Assembly (NCBI RefSeq): GCF_009914755.1
Contig: NC_060942.1
Origin: the human T2T-CHM13v2.0 reference genome, Homo sapiens
Length of the DNA: 64,000 nucleotides
Direction: 5' to 3' (one strand)
In this document: piece by piece, positions 54,292-64,000 of the stretch
Layout: each line of letters begins with the position of its first letter
Position numbering within the stretch: position 1 is the stretch's first letter
Notes under the pieces: model-generated
What the model saw: the letters and a program-made list of their open reading frames with translations, nothing else
What the model was told of the DNA's origin: nothing
The model's database searches: none
Program-made: the position numbers and the translations under genes

Positions 54292-55665
54292 TTCTAGTGA
54301 AGCCACAATCTTTTGTACTTTTCCCCCAACTTTATCTACCTCTTGCCTATCCCAAATTGTTTACTGAATTCTACTTCATGAAGCAATGAACTTATCTCTC
54401 TTTAATTGCTTCAACTCTGGCCTTCACAATTTCTTACTAATGACAGCAATCACCGCCTAATGGTTCTCTCTAGATGCAATGCTGCCTCTTCTAGTCTATA
54501 TTGCCAATAGAATTTTTATTTCTAAAAATGCACATTGGTTTATGTCACTGCTGACTTTAAATCACTCAGGGGCTTACCTATATTGTCAATATACAGCTCA
54601 AAGCTCTTAGCATGACTGTCAAGACTTTCAGGTTTTGACCCTTACTATTTCTCTGATCTCAAATTTTAACATCTCCAAATGTACCTGCATTCTACTCAGA
54701 TATGCTGTTCATATGTTTGTGTCTTTCAACTTGCCCTCTATCTGCAATGTTTTTGGCCAATGTCTTCTGGCCAGTAGCTACCATCTTTCAAGACTCAGCT
54801 CAAACATCACCTCCTCCAGGAAGCCTTTCCTCTGACCCATTCTCAGGATAAGGTGGCAGCCGTTTTTATGAGCTACCAACCATCATGTCCTCACCCATAT
54901 TATGAAACATTTGCCTGACATTGTAATCATTATTTGTCTTGATCTTCCTCTCCCACTAGACTATGAGCAACTTGGAATCATACTCCATTCATCTATCTGT
55001 CTGCAGAGCTTAGCTCCATGCTTGGCACAGGCTTTATTGAATACATAAGCAAAATAACAACGAAAAGAAGGAGAAGTGTCACTAGCTAAGAATATAATGA
55101 CTATAGTCCTGGAGACTACAAGAAAAATAAATAACAGATTCTACAGAAGGTTGATTTAGAGAGGAGTTTAATATTCAAGCTATTAGTCATGGTGATGCAG
55201 TTCATTACATAAATAGACAATGTGTAAGACTGCAATAATATCAACATTCATTGAGCATTCATTCTATACATATTTAAACCTTAATACAAAAATCAGGCAG
55301 CACTATGGTAGCACAGGGAATAAAATAGATAATTCTGCCCTCCCTGCCACTACCCTGTTCATGTAATTTATAGCTGATTATTTCAACACCTCTTCTATAT
55401 ATGCCAGGCAGTATCCTAAGTGCTTTATATGCATGTCCATTTAATCTTCATAATGACCCCAGTGTACAGAGGAAAAGAAGACTCATAGAGATTAGGTAAT
55501 TTGTTGAACATCATACAGTATGTGGGAGAACAATGATTTAATCCAAAGCCTGTCTGATTACTCTTTCTGCACTTAATCATCACACTCAACAACAAAACAA
55601 ATTTAACTTGAAGATCACTTGTATTCTATTTAGATATTGGGTTGTTGGGGCCTCCATACAATTCT

Positions 55666-55667
55666 TT

Positions 55668-55710
<43 letters not shown>

Positions 55711-55863
55711 TATATATTATACTTTAAGTTCTAGGGTACATGTGCACAATGTGCAGGTTTGTTACATATGTGTACATGTGCCATGTTGGTGTGCTACACC
55801 CGTTAACTCGTTATTTACATTAGGTATATCTCCTAATGCTATCCCTCCTCCCTCCTCCCGCCC
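55666..55863 (-). mobile_element. Very short L1PA5-like 3' stub with (TTTA)n tail
   Basis: 20-bp TSD tggggcctccatacaa(t/g)tct at 55646-55665 and 55864-55883. Confidence 0.93.
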
Positions 55864-55907
55864 TGGGGCCTCCATACAAGTCTAAAAGTTATGTAGGAAG
55901 TTTATTT

Positions 55908-56114
55908 CAACTATCCTGTTATAGTTAACTATCCTGTTATATTGTAACTATCCTGTATATTTTATAAATCCTGTATATTATATATATTTTATATATCCTG
56001 TGTATTTATATATATTTTTTATATCCTGTATATTTATATATATTTATATATATTTTATATATCCTGTATATTTATATATATTTTATATATCCTGTATATT
56101 TTAACTATCCTGTT
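55908..56114. repeat. AT-rich minisatellite built on atcctgt cores
   Basis: About 9 atcctgt cores separated by variable (TA)n/T spacers. Confidence 0.9.
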
Positions 56115-56644
56115 AGTTTTAGTATGGGAAAGAAGATTTATAATAAAAATTGATCCAAGAAACTATGGAAGTTTTGCAAGTGAGCATTTATGTTCCAAAG
56201 CTGTGAAAATACGGATTTTAATGTGATTTATCACCCACTTCTGATGTTTGGAACATGGAGAATGGAGGGATGGAAGGGGTTTGAGAGGCAAGAACTTTAC
56301 CTTCAGCAAGTGCCATGCCTCAGGATAGCTTTGTCTATTCATTCTCACAAAAGTGAGGATATTCTGAAGCTACATGAATATGATTGCTATACAAAAGGCC
56401 ACTTTCTACAGGAGCAACAAGATTATCCAAAGTGTTCAGAAAAATAAATTTGTATCCCATTGAAATGTTCTTTAACAAACGAATTCTGCAGGGGGAAAGG
56501 GAATTTTGCTGCAGTATTCACTGGGAGAGTGGAGCTAGAGCCCGAGAGTGCCATAAAAGGCAATGGCAAAGTCTACAACAAAAAAGGCAGCTGCCTTTTT
56601 CTCTGTGGTTCCAGGAAGACTTTCTGGAGTCCTTAGGTAGGGAG

Positions 56645-56649
56645 ATATA

Positions 56650-56683
<34 letters not shown>

Positions 56684-56972
56684 TTTTGAGATGGAGTCTC
56701 ACTCTGTTGCCCAGGCTGGAGTGCAGTGGCATGACCTTAGCTCACTGAAACCTCTGCCTCGCGTGTGTTCAAGCAATTCTCCTGCCTCAGCCTCTGGAAT
56801 AGCTGGGATTACAGGCACCTGTCACCATGCCCAGCTAATTTTTTGTATTTTTAGTAGAGACATGCTTTCACCATGTTGGCCAGGCTGGTCTCAGACTCCT
56901 GACCTCAGGTGATCTGCTGGCCTCGGCCTCCCAAAGTGCTGGAATTATATGCATGAGCCACTGCACCCAGTC
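56645..56972 (-). mobile_element. AluS with (TA)n-T tail
   Basis: gagatggagtctcactctgttgcccaggctgg…gagccactgcacccagtc. Confidence 0.95.
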
Positions 56973-57596
56973 AAAATTTGTGTTTCAATGGAAAAATAGA
57001 CACTGTCTATAACATATCTTTCCCCATAATCTGATTCTGACTCTATGGGATCTATTCTATAACTGTGTAAAGCATAAGTGACTGACAAGAACACAGGATC
57101 ATCTTTTCTGTAGACACACAAATGAATTCTGACTGGGGCAGGGAATACCCTCCCCACCATGGAAAAACCAATTTTGCCTCCATTTGCACATTCATTTCAA
57201 AATGCCTTTACTCTTTTACATTTTATTCATTATCTTATTCCATACTGAGCATAACATCTGCTGGGTTCTCTCATTATGAGTAAAGTAAACACTTTAACAT
57301 GAGTTCATTTTTATATCCTTATGAGAGTCAAGAATTTATCTTTTTTTTTTGAAAATTATCTTTCAACACTTTATTCCCAGCAATGCCTCTTCCTCCTTGA
57401 CCCAGCTATGAACTGAGCTGCAAAGTGTGGACGTGCCCAAGTGTTGAGCTTCAGATCATGGCTTTTGTGTTGGGAGAAGTTAATGCTCATCTTTGGCAAG
57501 CTTGGGGGTTTCTACAACCCACAAGTTGACAAATGGCTCCCTTTGATGTTCTACCCATAAGCTGAGGTTTCAAACAATTGCTCAAAAAGGCATGGC

Positions 57597-58972
57597 ATTT
57601 TTAATCAGCTTTATTGAAGTATTACTTATATACATTAAAATTCATCGATGTTAAGCATGTTGTGTGATGAGCTTCAACAAATGCATAGTTACCTACCATC
57701 ACCACAACCAAGACATAGACATTTCTATCACCCTAAAATGTTCCCTCATGCTCCTTTGCAGTCCATCCCTGCTCCCTACTCACAGCATCTGGTAATCATT
57801 GAGTCTAGAACTTCATATTGTGGGAGACCAGAATATACCACCCTCAAAATATGAAGGATTGCTGAATTGCAGTTAAGAAGAAGCAGATACGGGAAAGTTC
57901 TCTCTCCTTCCTCTATTTGCCTAAAAGCAGGACATAAACTTAGGAAGACAAAAAAGTATCTTACCTGCCTTCCCTTATACCAGGCAGAACAAAGGTTAAT
58001 CACTGAAGATAACTTTAGACCCTTATGATCCTAGAGTTGGTTATCAGAGGAATCTAAATTAACATGCATTAACAACTGGCTTTTATCTGCCATTTATTTC
58101 CCTTCCCACAAGTTGCCACCCCTAAATACTCAAAGTCCTTTCTTCTGTCTTATCACTTCTTTAAAATCCTTGGGAAACACTCATTCCCTGGGTGTCTCTC
58201 ATGTATATATGAAATATGCCTGTGAATAAACTTGCTTGTGTTTCTCTTGTTAATCTGTCTTTAGTTACAGGGTTCTATTTCAGCTAAGATCCTATGAGGG
58301 TTGAAGAAAAAATTATTCTTCTTCCTCTACAATATAAATAGGACTATGCAGCATTTAGTCTTTTGTGGCTGGCTTATTTCACTTAGCATAGTGCTTTTGA
58401 GATTCATTCATGTTCTTGTATGTGTCAATAGTTCATTACTTTTTATTGCTGAGTAATATTTCACTGTATGGATTTACCGCATACATTTATCCATTCATCT
58501 ATTGATGGTCATTTGGATTGTTTTCAGTTTGGGGTTATTATCAGTAATAATACGTGAGATTACTGGGTCATATACAAAGTATATGTTTAACTTTGTAAGA
58601 AACTCCAACACTTTTCCAGAGTAGCTATACTATTTTATGTTCCCAGCAGCAGTACACAAGCACATAGCTCCACGTCCTCACTAGCACCTGGTATTGTCAA
58701 TCACTTTAATTTTGGCTTTTCCAGTGAAAGTACACTGATAACTCATTGTAGTTTTAATTTGCATTTCCTTAATGATGAATAATATTCAGCATCTTTTCAC
58801 TTGTCATCTTTTTACTTATTTGTCATCATTTGTCTAGGGTAAAATTTCCATTTAGATCTGCCCATTTTTAATCAAATTGTTTATCTTATTATTGAGTTGT
58901 AAGAGTGCTTTATACACTCTAAATACTTTATGAGATATGTGTTTTGCAAATATTTTCACCCAGTCTGTGGCA
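57597..58972 (-). mobile_element. L1MB/MC 3' region interrupted by an LTR
   Basis: 'cagctttattgaagtat', 'ctcattgtagttttaatttgcatttcc', 'cccagtctgtggc'. Confidence 0.8.
57819..58331 (+). mobile_element. ERV1 solo LTR (MER34-family)
   Basis: tgtgggagaccagaatatacc…ttcctctaca. Perfect TSD atat. Confidence 0.82.
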
Positions 58973-59729
58973 AGAGAAAGGCATTCTTATTATTTTGACA
59001 AATAATTTGCTAATTCAGACTGCCTGGAAATGCAAACCAGTATACTGTGTAATGACATCTGCCGAGCAGCAGCCAGACTCTGGTGGAGGGAAATAAACAA
59101 CGTAAAGTTCCAAAATTTGGCCTGAGAAAAACTGCTGCTGGCTTTCATCATCATCTCCTGATTTTCTAGCATTTTATTTACTCCAGTTATTTTTTCTCCT
59201 GCGTTACTTGCTTCATGTAACTGTTCCCGTTTTAGGCAGAAAAATGTATATGGAACGTCTGTTTGTTTCTCTCCTGATGCAAATGAACACCCTAGCTTCT
59301 GCATTTCATAGTGAGCCCCTAATATAGTCTCAGTAGCAACAATGCAGCTCACATGAAAATTGTTTCCAATTATTTCCAATTTAACCTCTGAATGTCATAC
59401 CATCACCTCTGACTTCTTCTGAGGACCATCTTCCCAGACTTCTTGGGTCTTTGGGGAGTAAAAAGGAGAAAGTTCCCATGTGAAGGTTGCCTGTGATGTT
59501 CATTGTTTTGTTAAAGCACTAATCTGCCTTAGAAAATAATTTCTTCTGGAAATACAGTCGAGGTCCTGTGGTTAGTAGGATTGGGCCAGTGGTACTCGAG
59601 CCAAGTACCACAGACGGCATGATTTGGCACATACGTTACAGCTTTTCATCACATCTGTCTCTTCTCAAATATCCAGAGGGGAAAAAAACATGGATGGTTT
59701 TCTGGGGTTCCTCTGCAGATGAGAACACT

Positions 59730-60140
59730 AAATGCCTACCTAGTACCCATTCTATAGTTCTTCCTTAGTAGAGAGACCTGATGTAATGCAAAGCACCCAG
59801 CTGAAGAAATTATGTTTCTCGGCCACTCTCCAAGATAAGGGTGGCCATGTGATACAGTTCCAAGGAATATAATTTAAGCAGAAGTCAGGCTGGGCTTTTG
59901 AGCCCTCGCCTTTCTCACGGCAAGTCTGCTTTCCTGCAACAGCCATCTTCTGACTGATCCTGAGGGAAAGGCCACAGAGTCACAGAGAATGTGGCCTGGC
60001 ACCTTCACCACCGAACCAATGCCAGCAACTATCTACCTCTGGACCTCTCGTCATGAGAGAAAAACCAACCCCCAAGTTGTTCAAGATGTTGCTTTTCAGT
60101 TGTCTTTTTTTATGGCTGTACACAATCCCTGACTAACAAC
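59730..60140 (+). mobile_element. Old MLT1 LTR (I/J-like)
   Basis: 'ggtggccatgtgatacagttc', 'tacctctggacctctcgtcatgagagaaaaa'. Confidence 0.65.
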
Positions 60141-60789
60141 TTGGGTTCTAGTTTCTGCCTCTTTACTGAGCAGCAATGGGAACTACCCCTCTCAGATTCC
60201 CGGTTGTCTTCATTTATAAGGAAGGGTGGAAAAAACAGAAAGTGCCTCACAGCCATTCCAGCGGGAAGCATCCACAGTTCGGAGGCACCATTTCATCTTC
60301 AGTGTACCAGACAAATTTTTCCAGATCAGGTAACTCTGGTGACAGGAAGCTCAGGCCACAGTTCGGGCTTGACTGGGATATGCTGATGCCCCAGTTGTTT
60401 CTGACAGTTACAGAGGATCTGCTTCCTTACTCAGCCCCAGGTCCTACTGAATTAATTAACAGCAGATGGAGTACCATTTTTTTGTTTGTTCTGAGGACAT
60501 ATCTCCTCAAATTTCCAGGAGAATCCCCATCTTTAATATATTTTTCCTAGCACTCAGATGCCCATCTTCACATAAATCTTCTGTCTCTCTAACAGTATGT
60601 ATGCTTGTCACATCATGTGCTGCGTTTGGCGTTTAGATATGGCCTCCTGCTCCTCATAACCCCACTCTGCTCCACTCTGAAGCCTAGGTCACTCTTGACC
60701 TCCCTGCCCCCACTCCCTGTGTGTTTCAGGCACGTCACATGCAGTATCACTTCCGGTTCCTCTTGGCCTCACCCCTGCTCTGGCCATGG

Positions 60790-61227
60790 CCATGGTGACC
60801 AGGTCCACTGGGGCTTTGCCAGCTTCCCACAGATATGGCCACAGAGGGTGCCTCATGCCAGGTCTTCTCTCCTTGGCTCCTGCCTCCAGCCCTGGAGCAT
60901 CTCTAACAAGGAGCTGCTCAAAAGAGCCACCCAGACTGGGGTTTAGTGACAGCAGGGTTCATGGATAAATGCTTCCCCCCGGCCCCTTTAATGGCCAGTT
61001 CTTAAGGGCATTTTATGAAGCTTCTCAGAAGGTTCCAGCAGGACTGAGAACGAGATGCTTGTGTCAATGATACTAGATACTAGATACTACTAGATAATGC
61101 ATTCTTGTTTTGGCTTTCCCTCCCCGTCCCTCACCCCTGCTCCTAAAGATCATGTATGCCTCCAAGTAAATTACTGGTAGGTAAGCCTTTCTTAAGCCCT
61201 TTTTCAGCAGAATTGAAGTTGAGGCAG
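60790..61227 (+). mobile_element. ERVL LTR16-like relic
   Basis: 'ggataaatgcttccc…gcttctcagaaggttccagcaggactgag…ttggctttccctccc'. Confidence 0.55.
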
Positions 61228-61241
61228 AGGATATTAACAAA

Positions 61242-61244
<3 letters not shown>

Positions 61245-61290
<46 letters not shown>
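61245..61290. repeat. (GT)n microsatellite
   Basis: Directly visible. Confidence 0.98.
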
Positions 61291-61292
<2 letters not shown>

Positions 61293-62704
61293 GATTTTTC
61301 TCCTGCCTTTCCAATTTTGGGTTTAGTCACTAATACACTGATTCATTCAATCTCAGTTCCCACCACGTAATGGAACAGTTACATCCCTGCTTATGCAATC
61401 GTTCCCTTCCACGCAGTTTTGCACAACTCAGATTTTGCGTAAGTCAAAATCTGGGTTATTGCCCTGGATATTAAAGGTGCAGAACCTGCTACACAAATAT
61501 TTATGTGTATAATATCACTGAAACTTGTTTTCACTGTTGAAGCCACCAAAATATTTTCACATGTTGGTCCCCAGGGGCTTGGCATTTTATTTTTTTACTC
61601 TAAATCAATTGCCTTCAGTTTACAAATGCGCCTCCACTGTTGTTTTATCCTGGTGGCTTTTGGACAAGATTGGAAGGCTATGAGAGTAAAGACATAAACA
61701 CCCTGGAAATAGGATGAGTTGGTGCAGTAAGAAACTCCACCGGAGCCCCGTAAAACTGAAAGTGAAAAGCCTGGCCTCTTGGAATTCATGGAGTCTATAC
61801 TGCAGCTTAATATGTGTTTTCATACATAATGCAACCTTTCCACATCTCTTACATGCTATCAGCACCTTCCAGAACAATTTGAAAAGGGTCATATTTGCAT
61901 TAGGCATAGCTTATGGGACCTGGGGGCAGCTGTCCCTGATCAGGAATCATAACAGGGAAACCTCATTTGCAATCACCATTTAGCCTCTCTCTCCCTCAGA
62001 TAGTAGAAGGACTGGAAGTTGTTTGTTCCTAAGCGTTTTGTGATATTTATGAGTGGCCTTATTTTAAAAAGTCCCCATTAGTCTGTTTATTTTTAGGTAT
62101 CATATTAAATGCACCAGCAGAAAAATACAAGATCAAAGCCCCCAAAGGTCAAATGCCTGCTTCTTAGCTGGAGTCACACTGTTTAGAAGCTGAAAGCAGC
62201 CAAGTCCCACGACATTAATATCCTGGGAAAGAATGGAGCACTCTCATCCCTCAGGGATCCTTTCCCGGGTTCAAAGGCATTTTGCACTCTATCAGGTGAA
62301 AGGAAACACACATTAGCCAAATACAGGCAGACTTCACAGATGCAATAAAAGATTCCCAGTAGAGCTCCTTAAAGCTCCTCTGACTGATCTTCGACTTCAA
62401 GGTTGTGCCTAAGCAAACTGCATTGGAGCTGATGTGTTCAAATGTGGCTAACAGCTCACCAGAATCAAGCCAATCTATGCCTTCAGCATATCTCTTCTAC
62501 AGGCTGAGACATGTGCTTGGGCTCAAAATGTCCAAACCTCCCCCACCATGGGCTCCTTATACTCCCAGCTAGGTAGGAGGATCAGTGATGGCCTATCAAG
62601 AATAGAAGAGACTCACTCCCTCTGCTGACTGCCATTCTTGATATTATCTAAATATTTTGAGCTTAAATTTAAGTTTAAAAATCAGCATGGAGCAAAAAAG
62701 CATA

Positions 62705-63007
62705 GACTGGGCATGGTGGCTCAAAATGCTCTAATACCAGCATTCTGGGAGGTCAGGGAGGGAGGATCCCTGGAGTTCGGAACTTCATGACGAGCCTGGG
62801 CAACATGATGAAACCCTGTCTCTACAAAAAGTATAAAAATCAGCCAGGCATGGTGGTGCACGCCTGTAGTCCCAGCTACTCGGGAGGCTGAGGCAAGGGG
62901 ATCACTTGAGCCCAGGTGGTTAAGGCTGCAGTGAGCCATGACTGCGCGGCTGTACTCCAGCCTGGGTGACAGAGCAAGACCCTGTCTCTAAAAAGACAAA
63001 AACCAAA
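62705..63007 (+). mobile_element. AluJ
   Basis: Full dimer with degenerate A tail. Confidence 0.93.
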
Positions 63008-64000
63008 AGGATGTGATCTTGTTCATATGCCTAGAAAGGTCATTATCAACATTTAAACTATCACAGAAAAATGCAATGCCCTGATCCTTTAGCTCTTTAT
63101 GTGTCTACGGGCTCCCAATATCTAACACATATTCTTCCTTCACAAAGCCCTTCAAATAGAATGGAATCTGGACTCAAAATTTGCTAGCTCTGATGAGAAA
63201 GAGGACCCGGGAACAAGCCCTCCAATGGCACAAAGAAGCCCTCCTTTTCCCTTCTACTCGAGGTTAAGATGGAGAGGTGTCAGCAGTTCCTGAACACCTC
63301 TGCCCTAAGGGACTTCAGACAGGAACAAAAAAATTAAGGGACTTTGGACGATTGTTCCCAGCAGAAGCCTGGGAAATGACCAAGTCAGGTATTTGCTAAA
63401 CTATTTAATGAGGCTGCATAAGCAATAAGGAGAACTTGATAGAGCTTTAGGGTCACTGAGGTTTCCAGGGTGAATTAAAGCAGTGAAGTAAGAGGAGAGG
63501 ATTTAAAAATTAACCTGCGTGTGAATGTACTATGTTCGGAACAGGAATTAAAAAGCAAACAAGGATTAATTGATCCCCTCCTCCCTCCCAAGCTGCACGC
63601 TGGCATTTCAGGAGCAAAATGGATTGGTTGAGAATGCACTCTGCTGGGTAATTAAACAAGGAGGTCGATCAATACTCAGTAGCTGGGATTTAAATACCCA
63701 TTGAAAAGCTAACAGAGGAACCCAGAAGGGAACAGAAGAATTGCTGGTTGGCTCAGGCAAGATTGGATCTTAAGGTTTCTGCATGTAAAAAATGAACAAC
63801 AACCAAAAAAAGCACCTCGTTCTTTTCACCTCTCTAACTTTAAAAACCTCTTTGATTCAGTATTAGCCCAAACAAAAATAAGGATCTCCACTCAGAGCAT
63901 TTCTCTTGGTGGCGAGTGACAGATGTAAAGGGCCCAATTTGTGATTACGTGGTTCACTTCTACAACTGCAATTAAGCTGCCCGTTAAATTCACGTAGCTA

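Larger units (their letters stand above)
52900..55050 (+). mobile_element. L2 relic interrupted by Tigger and THE1
   Basis: L2 3' motifs 'tcaagactcagctcaaacatcacctcctccaggaagcctttcc', 'cccactagactatgagc' and 'ttattgaat'. Confidence 0.7.

Noticed and set aside
55908-56114. CRISPR-like repeat-spacer array
   Set aside because: The spacers are low-complexity TA, the context is eukaryotic and there are no cas genes. It is a minisatellite.

Overview
This is primate (human-like) nuclear DNA, AT-rich and dominated by interspersed repeats. No intact host protein-coding gene can be named. The main structure is a near full-length but decayed class I (gamma-like) endogenous retrovirus at about 34.7-46.4 kb on the + strand. 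It has MER41C/D-type LTRs and recognisable gag-pro-pol-env, and is most likely PRIMA41. Its 3' LTR is split by a young 5'-inverted (twin-primed) L1PA2-type insertion with a perfect 15-bp TSD. The inversion creates an uninterrupted chimeric ORF of about 770-785 codons: an antisense-derived leader fused to ORF2p from the PIP box through RT and the CCHC motif. The provirus appears to have landed in the leader of an older, opposite-strand ERV, and the left junction was later deleted. The rest is layered HAL1/L1M/L2/MIR, MaLR and ERV1 solo LTRs, DNA-transposon relics, Alus and microsatellites. Also present are several local templated-duplication scars, a few weak exon-like segments in the first 12 kb, and short unique stretches with clustered homeodomain motifs. 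Repeat subfamily names come from recalled consensus sequences and need RepeatMasker/Dfam confirmation. I found no evidence for a wholly new biological system; the best leads are unusual retroelement architectures.
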